Assembly: GCA_030248215.1 (NCBI GenBank)
Contig: JASANG010001546.1
Span: forward strand, 248,001-312,000
From: Enoplolaimus lenunculus
Taxonomy: Eukaryota
Direction: 5' to 3'
DNA: 64,000 nucleotides
Part shown: one piece after another, positions 25,952 to 36,810 of the stretch
Numbering within the stretch: the stretch's first letter is position 1
Layout of the letters: every line of letters starts with the position of its first letter
Position numbers and translations under genes: made by a program
Notes under the pieces: model-generated
What the model saw: the letters and a program-made list of their open reading frames with translations, nothing else
Databases searched by the model: none
Told to the model about the DNA's origin: nothing

Positions 25952-27042
25952 GTAAATCCACAAATGTAGCCCCAAATGGTTGTGAACACAAAAAAGTATT
26001 TCTGAATGTATGCAGAAAAGTAATTAGTGTGGCAAATCTGAAACGTTTTTTCTGATATTTAAGACAATTTTTTCTAAAAACAACACGAAAATGTTTATTT
26101 TCAAAGTTTATTTCAAAACTTTGTCGAAAACTTTTCTGTTTTATAACAGAAATACTTTTCAAGTGCACGTTGCTAATTATATTTCTTAAATGAAAGAAAT
26201 GCTTTCTTAAATATCAGAAATATTATTTTGAGTGTGGGAAATGCACTGTCTATACGGTATTTTTTAGAAGATTTTGCCTAAAATTAAGGTCCATGCCGGG
26301 AATCGAAACTCGGACCTCTTGCAGTCGAGTCAAACATGCTATTGCATCATGCGATAATTGCAATAACTTCCTATATTCATGTCGTGTTACAGAGATGGTC
26401 AACCTCGCTTGTGATTTCTAGGGGGTTATGAATTTTTTCAGTTGGTAACACAGAAAACTGCTATTCGAAATTTTGGCTCATGTAAAAATTAGGGGCGGAA
26501 CGTTTTTCTGCCGGTCTGGAATTGAGTAAGCTTAAGGTTCCGACTGGAACAATTTATTTGTTTCATTGGTTTTTTGCTTAAAAGACTGGCAATTTTTTGA
26601 TTCTTGTACACTTTCCCCTCAGAATTTTCGAACTTTTTAAATTTGAATTTTTTGAATTTTTTGACAACATTTCAAGAATTCAATTTTATGAAATTTTTTA
26701 ACTGCAAATAAAAATTGAAACAATTTTCGGCTCTTGTGATCTTTTGACTTGTAGTGTTTCGAATTTTCAGACATTGGTATAGAAGCTTAGGCTTAGCCTT
26801 AGTAAGGGTAGTGCTATAGTTTTGATGCCGTTCGGAGCCGTCCGTCACCGTACGGTATCGTATGCACCGGACGATGGCGGACGGCGTCGCAAAACCAGCA
26901 TAGCACCACCCTTAGGGTTACGTTTAGGCTTCAGTTTTCAGGCCAAGGATTAAGCCTAAGCTTGTGGGGTAATATGTACATGAGCCCAAATTGAGCAAAA
27001 ACTCGTTTTTCAGCCCCACAAAGAATATAATTATTTTAATAG

Positions 27043-27168
27043 ATTTAATTATAGAAACTCATACTGCGACAACGCACCCCTGCTTCCGGCCGGATGCACT
27101 TTCCAAGATCCGAAATGGAATTCGCCGTCAATGAAGCGTCGATCGGTGTCGCTTCAGAACAGATGGTA
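27043..27168 (+). CDS. Exon of same uncharacterised gene (FNYRNSYCDNAPLLPAGCTFQDPKWNSPSMKRRSVSLQNRW)
   Basis: TTTTAATAG acceptor (in-frame alternative exon start at 27055), TA|GTAAGT donor, phase 2/2 matching the previous exon. Confidence 0.7.
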
Positions 27169-27216
27169 GTAAGTTTTTCGGTGCAAATTTTGCATATTTT
27201 TATCGTCAAAACAAAA

Positions 27217-28046
27217 TCAATATTCTCAAATGTGTATAGCATCTATCATCAGTTTGCAGTGTACAATCGACGGGCTGCCTCCGGCTCAATTTCCAGCGGA
27301 AAATCGATCTCCGGTTTCGTCTTCATTGTAAATTCCAGTGAGTTGATTTTAACTTAGAACGAATTAAATGACTCAGTCTGAGTTACGACTATGACAAGTG
27401 ACAATTTTGAGTTGATTCAACTCATTCTGATTTAATTAATTAACTCCTACGGAGTCAACTCAATTCACTGTGAGAATTAACTCAACTCAGAGTGAGCTAA
27501 AGTTAACTGTTATTAACTCAGAAATATAACTAACTTTCCGTCTGAATTGATTAATTAACTTATTGGAATTAACAGTGTTGTAGAATTTGTGCCGCAGACG
27601 CTAGGAATTTGGCAGTAAAATTTCGTGTAGTTGTACAAAACTTTTTTCGTTCGTTGCAATTTAAGCATTTGTACAATTTTGAGGAAGAAATTGTCCGAAT
27701 TTCTTAATAAAATAATATTTAAACCAAAATTTAATCAAAACATTACAGATAATTGCTCAAATTAGCATATTAAATACTATTTTTCACCCCCTGGTTCCTG
27801 CAAGTTTTGTCGACCACCAGATTTGGTATTTTTGTACGTCCGGTTGCGCCCTGCCACTTTAAACAACCTTGAACCGTTCAAATTCCCTCAGCTGCGTATT
27901 TGAAATTTTGCAGACTTCCGGTATACATCAATTGCAAAAAAACATTTGTCCGATTTCAAACCGCAATATTTACTAACATTCCATAGTTACAAGACCTATC
28001 ATCATTAATTAGCGAAACGTGCTGCATACATTTGAGAATACGGACC
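27217..28046. mobile_element. Nest: family A containing hAT-like F2 (27257-27853), which contains family G (27324-27577)
   Basis: The two halves of A flank a degenerate F2; G has TSD TT/TT. Confidence 0.65.
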
Positions 28047-28479
28047 CTTGCCTGAAACGCTATTTTAATATCATAATATGGCTTCGCTGGTTTATTTTGT
28101 TTAAAAGTTAAAAACTTCTACGAGTTTATAGTTTGCATTTGAACCTGAAGTAATTCTAGTTTTCTAAATACAATTTATTATTGAAATTTGTAATAAAAAC
28201 CATTCAAGGCTAAAAGACTTTTTGAAGCATACAAACGTAGTCGTTGATATTAATGACAAGGTAGAATGTCTCAAATTTCACCAAACAATGCTGGATTCAA
28301 AAATATATTTAAGTAAATGTAAAACAATAAAGTTTTAAACTTTTAAGACTTTATGTTTTAATAAATTTAAGCAAAAGTGTTTTCTATTTCATATGAGATC
28401 TAATTTCAAGCTAAAGATTAGAAACCCGGACTCTTCTTGGGTGGTAGGCGTTTCAATCACCAATATTACTGTAGGAGCT

Positions 28480-28837
28480 GGTCCATGTAAAAATCAGATG
28501 CGGAACGTTTTTCTGTGAAACTGTAATAGAATAAGCGTAAGCTTTAGACTAATTTTTTTGCTTGGCTTAGGCTTAGGCTTAGGCTTAACAATATCCTCAT
28601 TCTTACGCTTAGGCTTAGGCTTAGGCTTAGGAATATGCTCATTCTTACGCTTAGGCTTAGGCTTAGGCTTAACAATATGCTCATTCTTACGCTTAGGCTT
28701 AGGCTTAGGCTTAACAATATGCTCATTCTTACGCTTAGGCTTAGGCTTAGGCTTAGGAATATGCTCATTCTTACGCTTAGGCTTAGGCTTAGGCTTAGGC
28801 TTAGGAATATGCTTATAACCTGTTCTTTACATTGGCT
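28480..28837 (+). mobile_element. Family B MITE with expanded 42-bp higher-order repeat
   Basis: TSD TAGGAGCT/TATGAGCT; about 6 units of a TTAGGC run plus AATATGCTCATTCTTACGC. Confidence 0.9.
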
Positions 28838-29188
28838 TATGAGCTTAATGGTCGACGCTTAGAGGGTCTTACGTTTTGTGGACTATTCGTACTGTCTATA
28901 ATTGGCACGACGCAGTGTTCTAAGAATCTTACTACGGTAACTACGTTTGATTGACACGGTCTTAATGAAAGTGTTTCTAGTTTAGCATTCCAATTTTAGA
29001 ACCGGCTTCCATGCGTGTTTACAAGTCATTCGGGTTTAAATTTCAATAAAATATCCGCTTAAATTAGTTTCAAGGTCAATTTGTAATTAAATTTTAAACG
29101 TTGTGGTGCACGGGGGCGTGGGGTTTCAATCAGTCTTAGATGCGGTGTAGTTGAAACTGGCTGAGTTGTATAAGGAAATAAAATGTAA

Positions 29189-29373
29189 AGCCCATGTATT
29201 GAACAGGGCCGGATCGTTTTCCAGAGGGGCTGTAGTAGAGTCAGTTTAAGCTTTAGATTCAATTTTTTGCTTAGGCTTAGGCTTAGGAATAGGCTCATTC
29301 TTACGCTTACGCTTAGGCTTAGGCTTAGGAATACGCTTATACTACTGTTCCGGCCTTGTTCTGTACATGGGCC
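29189..29373 (+). mobile_element. Family B variant MITE (sister copy at 60983-61175, TSD GTATCCAC/GTATCCGC)
   Basis: GCCCATGTA ... TACATGGGCC termini with a TTAGGC core. Confidence 0.8.
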
Positions 29374-30759
29374 GAGAACAATGGATAGTTAAAGCCTTTT
29401 TAGGAAACTCAGAAACTATGCCCTGATATGTGTTAACAGTAACCATTTCAACATGAATTCAAATAAAATTGCCATCAACTCACGTAACCCACTGTGTATA
29501 TCCTTCGTGAGTAGTTTCTAACAGATTCCGACAGGCTTTCTGTGTCCCTTATAGACACCATTTCGCTAGTTTATATAAGTCAGGTTTAGCGCTGAACAGA
29601 TGCATGATCATACCCATCCCATTGGCGTAAAGAAATTTCAGCTTGGACCCATTTCACATTCGGACTCGCCGACGACGGTAAAAACTTTATTTGATGTCTT
29701 AGAAATGACCTTTGCGTGGGTTCACGCTACTAATTGTGCTCTTGGTACCTGTTTTGTCGCTATGCTCATAGCGGTACACACTAATTTTTATGCTACCCAT
29801 ATGGCCACAAACAGAAAATAATATGTTATACAGATATAGCTAGGTTTGCGAAATATTGACCTTCCCATACAGTTAGAGTCAAAATGTCTGCTTGTTGCTT
29901 ATATAGATGTCAACATAACGATCCTTAAAGCTTGCACATTAAAACGGCTCAGTACAGTGAGTTTTATTTTACAAGTCTGGTTCAATCTTTTTTACGATAT
30001 ATCTTTCTAAAAATATAACGAATTACACTATCTATAAATATTGTTAAAAATCGCAAGGTACCCATATCGTAACAAACCAAAGACTAGTTAACCATAACTA
30101 CAAACGTAAAAAGTACCCATATGAGTAGTAGCTATCCTTTAAAAATCCTAGAATAAAATACACTGAATTTTTGACAAACATCTCTCGTATATTAGTATGT
30201 TTGTATATATACGTCACATATCATCCCCGTTCTACCAACTAAACGTATACAACAATTTGGAACGACTTGATTTTCGAAACCTACCGGTTCGTGGCTAAAC
30301 CAGAAACCATATGAAAATGTCAAATTCGTTTCCTTGGTGAGAAATGTGACAAATGCTCTCAAGTCATGGGTTTCAACAACTTCAACATCTGGTACACCGG
30401 CCCTACTATCTTCCTAGCGTAAAAATATGTGTAAAGGGGGTACAGATATGCTGCCCCCCACCGCGTTTCATAAGCAATTTTTTATATATGTATATGTATG
30501 TATATAAACTGAAAAATGTCTCTAGAGATGAAAAGTGGTGCCGCAGGTTTATTTGAAATTTTCTACACTCGACCAAATTCGCAACACCGCTGGTCAATAT
30601 ATTCTATTGATGGGACCGGTTTCATTGCGTTCCGTTATGATGATCCTGTAGAACAAATTTAAATGACTTATAATCAATCATGTTTCAATGGTTGAACCAG
30701 GTTTTTTTCGATTTGGCCGTTGTTTGAGAAAAATATTTCGACAAATGCGTTGAATCAAG

Positions 30760-31156
30760 GGTCTATATTCTCAAATGTGTATAGCAACTATCATCAGTAA
30801 AGTCATAGGTTTTCAAACTCACTATGAATGGCGGATCCATGGGGGGCCACCCCGACCGTGCCCCCCAACAGCATTTCGACAAAACTTATACAGCAATTTT
30901 GTGACAATAGTTCGTGGTTTGTGTGTGAGTACAAAAGTAAGTTTATTACCTGTGAAATTTTGGTCCCCCCATTTTGAGGTCCTGGATCCGCCACTGCTAA
31001 CTATTGCAGTTGTTGAACTCAAAACGGTTACAGGACCAGAGCAAATCATAGGCGAAAAATGTGCTGAATTTTAAGCCTCAGCATTCACTGGTTCGAAAGT
31101 TACAAGACCTGTGACGAACTGGTGATGGGTGCTACACACATTTGAGAATATGAGTT
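30760..31156 (-). mobile_element. Family A MITE interrupted by a hAT-like MITE at 30826-30996
   Basis: A TSD AAG/AAG; insert has CAGTGGCGGATCC-type TIRs and 8-bp TSD CTCACTAT/CTAACTAT. Confidence 0.85.
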
Positions 31157-31528
31157 AAGACAAGAAATCGGAATCGTGTGAATTTGACGTTCTTTACGCT
31201 GATATAAACATTTATTGCGTGGGGGTGGTTTAGTGAAAATATAACATTTTTTGTTCGTTCAGGGGGTTGTCTTTAAAATGTCAGTAGTCAAGGAGACGGG
31301 GCTGTAGACGGTCCAAACCCCGTGATCTATGAACCAAGGGGGGCACATTTTTATATAAAAATTTACCCTGTTGTACATATTATTTTTATGGTCGATAAAT
31401 TTTTTCGTGACACCAGAATTTGTATATCTTCTGAATATACCATTTCTCGTTGTAGGTGATGCCGTAGTTGTTAACTCCATCTAAACAATATCTTAAATGT
31501 GTGCTGTGTGGTTTAATTTAATTTTCAG

Positions 31529-31687
31529 CTTATTTCTGCGGTGGGTAATGGAAGCGAATTTTGTCAATGCTTCAAAATCAAGCAATATTGTCGGAATATA
31601 TTCATTTGAATTAAAATCTGATTATCACAATCTGGTTCAAATTTACACCGAGCTGAATTGTTTCAAGATAAGCTTAATGAAATCCTG
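31529..31687 (+). CDS. Probable exon of same gene (LFLRWVMEANFVNASKSSNIVGIYSFELKSDYHNLVQIYTELNCFKISLMKS)
   Basis: ATTTTCAG acceptor, 159 nt open, TG|GTGCGA donor, phase 2/2; TA+C gives Tyr. Confidence 0.5.
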
Positions 31688-31752
31688 GTGCGATATTTTA
31701 AATATATCAAACATTGAGTGGGTTTCTGAAATTTTAAATATTTATTTACTTA

Positions 31753-32015
31753 CCCTTTCTCACATGAATATTTTCTATTTCCCCTGAGACCTACTTTTAT
31801 TCTAGGATTCGAACTCCAGTGACTGGAGTGGGAGGCGTATACCATCACCACTCAGCCATAGGAGCTTGACGCTCGAGCACGAGTTGGCTCTTACGTCTTG
31901 TGGTGATTTACTACTATGTATACGTGTTGCAATTGTTAAACACAGTGCGATATACATTATTTAACGTATATACACTGCGCTTAGTTGCCTATAAGCAACT
32001 CAGTGTGAGAAGGGG
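31753..32015 (-). mobile_element. Family D MITE
   Basis: 263 bp, near-identical reverse complement of 7586-7848, TTAA flank. Confidence 0.9.
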
Positions 32016-32138
32016 TTAAACAGTATTAATAATAAATGTTGTCTTCTTAATACTATTGGTAAGAGATTGCGAGCGTGTGGGACCGGAAGGGCACGAACAT
32101 TGAGTGGGTTTCTGAAATTTTAATATTTATTTACTTAA

Positions 32139-33078
32139 CCCTTTCTCACATGAATATTTTCTATTTCCCCTGAGACCTACTTTTATGCTTGGATTCGAAC
32201 TACAGTTGCGGCGTTCACGTTATAACTGGGGCAGCTTCGAACACGTTTTGTCCAAGTTGATTCAACGTTAACATAAAATTTTGTGATCCGAATAGCGGTT
32301 ATGTAGACCAAATGGGAATGTCATATGACATTGGCTTACAAATCACTGATGTCAAGCGATCATCGTATACAAATAACCATTTGTCATATGATACTGCGGT
32401 ACATTTATGCGAATATCATATGATATTCCAAAATTCTACTAAATATCATATGATATTTACACAGGACAATGGAATTTGTGCACACTAAATAAAACAGTAA
32501 AAACTCGGATAATGCAGCATTAAATGATTTCGCAAGTTGAATTAGCTTCTACGTTTCTGTTTCTCGCTAAGTTTTTCCCAAAATATATTCCTAAGTACAA
32601 ATAATTCAAATTTGAAATTTTAGTATCATATGACATTCTACAGTACAATCAAACTAGTTTACCACAACTTTGCAGACATTTTCAAACATATCATATGATA
32701 CTGGCAGACAATATTTGGAATATCATATGATATTGCAGTACAAACAGAAGATGTCACATCAGGATAGCAGACAATTCAAATTTTTTGAATCTCATAGCGG
32801 ATAAACGGTCAGACAAAATGTTACCAGCTATAGTCATAGGGACGAAACGTGTTCCAGGCTGCCCCAGTTATAACGTGAACCCCGCAAGTGACTGGAGTGG
32901 GACGCGTATACCATCACCACTCGGCTATAGGAGCTTGACGCTGGAGCCCAAGGGGGCTCTCACGTCTTGTGGTGATTTAGTACTATGTATACGTGTTGCA
33001 ACTGTTAAACACGGTGCGATATATATTATTTAACACACTGCGCTGAGTTGCCTACAGGCAACTCAATGTGAGAAGGGT
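32139..33078 (-). mobile_element. Family D MITE split by family E
   Basis: TTAA on both sides; the D sequence resumes exactly after the 680-bp insert. Confidence 0.9.
32207..32886 (+). mobile_element. 680-bp TIR element (family E) with 3-bp TSD
   Basis: About 45-bp TIR TGCGGGGTTCACGTTATAACTGGGGCAGC; TSD AGT/AGT; multiple TCATATGA palindromes. Confidence 0.9.
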
Positions 33079-35134
33079 TTAAGTACGGTTTCTGAAACGC
33101 AGCCAATGAATTACGTATTTGCACGATTCAGTTGTATCAAATGAGGTCGAAAAAAGTTAAGTAAATTTCGTGAAACTGGTCGCTTTCGGTGTTGAGAGTA
33201 AACATTGAAATACGTTGGAAACCGCTTAAGATCAGGAAGAATAACAGAGAAATATTAATAAACCAAATTTCGTTTGAGTTTGCTGATTCCGGTAAAAAAA
33301 GCCTAAATTTGGAAATGGTATTTTAGTCTTGAAAGGTAAGTTATCTTCTTGGTTTAAGCTGCTGTAATCATAAACAACTCGGTCAATGTTGCTCTAAGGG
33401 GCGTAACAGAAGATTAAGCGTATTCCTAAGCCTAAGCCTAAGCCGAAGCCTAAGCTTTAGCAAAAAATGTAATCTAGAATCTAAAACCTACTCTTTTATA
33501 GGCCCACCAGAAACCTAGACGCCCCTTAAAATAACACGAGACAACAACGCAACTTTTAAACACAACTACAATCATTGCCCCTGTTACTTTAACGGACGTT
33601 TCGTTTCCAACGGCGGATCTAGAAATTTTTGCCGGAAACGCGGGCTTTCAAACGTTCTGAAACACAATTTTTACTGTATGCAAAATGTGCCAATTTTGTG
33701 AGGTCAAAAATTGCAAATAAGCAAAGACCTTATCATTTTATCACAAAAACTTTCCTTGACGAAGCGGCGTTCTCCCGTCTTCTGGATCCGCCAGTGCTCG
33801 TCTTTTTCCGCGAGACTGCAATAGAAGAGGCTGTTACAGCTTTGAACGCAACATTGGCCAAAATCAGTATATATCATTCATTCAAAACTACATTCAAATT
33901 CGTTTAACCCAGATTTATCTAAAAGCGAATCTTTCGATTTGTTTGTTTCCTTTATCCTAATGAGGTTGTTTGCTTCGGTTGATTTGACCCGAACGTTGGC
34001 TGAACCCAGCCAAGTTCCCAAATGGTACATACTGGTTCATTCTAAGGCTTCAAAATAGCACAAATGGAAGTTGAAAGGAACGAATTTATAGTGTTGTTTA
34101 GACTGAACCTATTATCGATGTTAGAATATCAGTGGAAACTAAAGTTGAATGTGAAAGTTTAAAATAGAAGATACGCAAAGTGTTGTGCAATAGTTCAGTG
34201 TAAATTCCAGTGAGTTGATCAATCAACTCAAAGAGGGCATTAGTAATTTTTGGTCATTTCTGAGTTATTTGCAGTACAAATTAATTCGCTCTGAGCTGAT
34301 TTAATTCCGAGTGAGTTGACTAATTTACTCAGAATGAGTTAAATCAATACTGAATTCTGAGTTCTGAAAGACCTAATTCAGAGCTCAGAATTCTGAGTTG
34401 ATCCAACTCGTTCTGATTTAAAATCAACCCAGTGGAATTTACTTTGTTTATTGAGTCGGACGCCGGCGCGCATCGAATATAGCGCAACCCTAAGTCTTGC
34501 GATACGTGCAAGTTTTTGCACCTAAACTTGAACGTGCAATTTGCAAGTGAAAGTATTGAAGTCACAGAACACATTTGAAGTTCTCGTAGATGCAAATAAT
34601 TCACTGGAATTTATGCTTTTAAAGCTAATTCGCACTCGTAAACCCAGCCGTTGGTCGATTAGGTGTAGGATTTGATTGCGTTTTTCAAGTCAAGAAATTT
34701 CGAGCAAAGCCTTATTCATGTGTGAATGCTTTGTTGTAGACGAAACTTGCAGCTGCAAGCGCTGATCGAAGATTCAGAACTTACAGCTGCAACTTTTCCA
34801 TGATGAATATACACAAAGAATTTATTTGCGTGTCAATAGCGTTGCAAATCGAATTAATTTATGATTACTGACTGAAATGATAAAATATCAGTTAATGTAT
34901 AATAGTTATTGCAGCCGTCTGCGAATTATTCATACACCTAATTTCATATCAAGATTCAGAATGAAAATGATGTTTCTTTGCAAATACTTGAAGCTGCAAG
35001 TATTCGTTGTTGCAACAGAGTTCTCGCTGAAAATCTTGCACGTGTGAATGAGGCTTTTTAATTATCTTAAATGTTTTCCATTTGAATTTATTTTATTTAA
35101 AAAATTATAAGTTGAATGTTGGAGCTTAATTCTG

Positions 35135-35356
35135 GGGCCGTATTCTCAAATGTGTCTAGCACCTATCACCAGTCAGTGATAGGTCTTATAACTTTCAAAC
35201 CAGCGCATGATAAGGTTTGAATTTCAGAACGTTTTTTTGCATTTGATTTGTCTTAACTCTGATTCAATTTTGAGATTCGCAATTGCAGAAATTCGTCAGT
35301 TTGAAAACCTATCGCTAACGAGTGATAAATGCTATTCGCATTTGACAATACGGGCG
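35135..35356 (+). mobile_element. Family A MITE
   Basis: TIRs present; TSD CTG/CTG. Confidence 0.85.
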
Positions 35357-35585
35357 CTGAACTCAGAAGCATAAGGCGCGTCACTCGATGTGCAGGTTTG
35401 GAACTTGCATTCCCAAATAATTTACGCATTACAACTTATTTTGATGAGGGACAAAACTCAATTTTTTGGACAATTGTTTCTCAGCTCAACTCGGGTCTGC
35501 AATTAGAAGGGGCCAGCGGGTTTCAACCCTCTCGGAAAGATTCATCCCCCCACTTTTTAGAAACTTTTATTGGGTTAAAAGTTTG

Positions 35586-36053
35586 GGCCAATGTAAAGAA
35601 CAGGGACGGATCAGTATTATAAGTGTGTTCCCAAGCCTAAAGCTTGAACCCTTCTAACATTGAGTTGCCTGTAGGCAACTCAGCGCAGTGTATATACGTT
35701 AAATAGTAATATCGCACCGTGTTTAACAATTGCAACACGTACACATAGTACTAAATCACCAAAAAGACGTGAGAGCCCCCTCGGGCTCGAGCGTCAAGCT
35801 CCTATAGCTGAGTGGTGATGGTATACGCCTCCCACACCAGTCACTGTAGTTCGAATCCTAGCATTAAAGTAGGTCTCCGGAGAAATAGAAAATATTCATG
35901 TGAGAAAGGGTTAAGTCTAAGCCTAAGCGTAAGAATGAGTTTATTCCTAAGCCGAAGCCTAAGCCTAAGCCAAGAAAAAATTAGTCCAAAGTTTAAGTTC
36001 ACTATATTGCAGTCCGACAGAAAACCGTTCCGCCCCTGATCTTTACATAAGCC
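35586..36053 (-). mobile_element. Family B MITE hosting family D
   Basis: Perfect 8-bp TSD AAAGTTTG. Confidence 0.9.
35648..35910 (+). mobile_element. Family D MITE inserted in a family B copy
   Basis: 263 bp; TTGA/TTAA flanks inside the GCCTAA array. Confidence 0.9.
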
Positions 36054-36231
36054 AAAGTTTGTTAATAAGCTTAACATTGGCTTTATCAATGTTAACGGTG
36101 TTAACTTGTATTTGTCATATAACCACCCACACTGTTAACATTATTTGGTTTTTTGTTATTAATTGTGTAATCCTTTGATTTATATACATTTTCTGTAGTT
36201 TTTCCGAGTGGTCTAGCCTAATTTCTTGCAG

Positions 36232-36387
36232 TTATGCGTCGTTCACAATAATTTTGTCAACGGTGCCACAAAATATACTATAGCCCAGGGTTATCACGTG
36301 CTCGTTTTGAGTATGACCTCGTGATAGCCCTGGGCCATAGTATATTTTGTGGCACCATTGACAAAATTGTTGTGAACGGCGCAATAA
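36232..36387. repeat. Long inverted repeat (about 67-bp arms, about 21-nt loop)
   Basis: Arms are reverse-complementary with few mismatches. Confidence 0.9.
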
Positions 36388-36719
36388 GATCAGGGGTGGA
36401 GCCACGGTTTCGTTTTGAGAAGCGACACCGTCAGGTAAATATTTATTGTCCAAGTTGTTTACTTCTTGTCTCGCACAAGATTTCAGGAGGGGGTATACAC
36501 TTTGCTATCTGGTCCTTTGTATGAGTACCCTGGTTACGGAAGTTGAATTAAATCCAAGAAATGCATGAAAAATACTGATTGGTTAATTTTTTGGGTCTCA
36601 AACGGGGTTTAGGAGCACAAATAATGAATTGTTTAAGCATTTAAATTTGAGTATGAAATTATCAGTGAATGACGTTAAAAAATAGCCATATTTAAATTTT
36701 TTTATTTAATCATTTTCAG

Positions 36720-36810
36720 GCAAAAGCCAGCTACGGGTGATAACTATTCACCAATCAGTAGCATAGTTACCATTGAAATGAGGTCAAATCCTCGCATAAA
36801 AGCCGTATAA
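36720..36810 (+). CDS. Probable terminal exon (QKPATGDNYSPISSIVTIEMRSNPRIKAV*)
   Basis: CATTTTCAG acceptor, phase-2 start, TAA at 36808-36810. Confidence 0.5.

Noticed and set aside
28560..28815. True telomere or chromosome end
   Set aside because: The arrays are short, interrupted and bounded by TIRs and TSDs.
28544..28862. ORFs with LGLGLG / LRLRLR / LSLSLS repeats (also 11381, 13749, 14065, 29059)
   Set aside because: These are translations of TTAGGC arrays inside MITEs.
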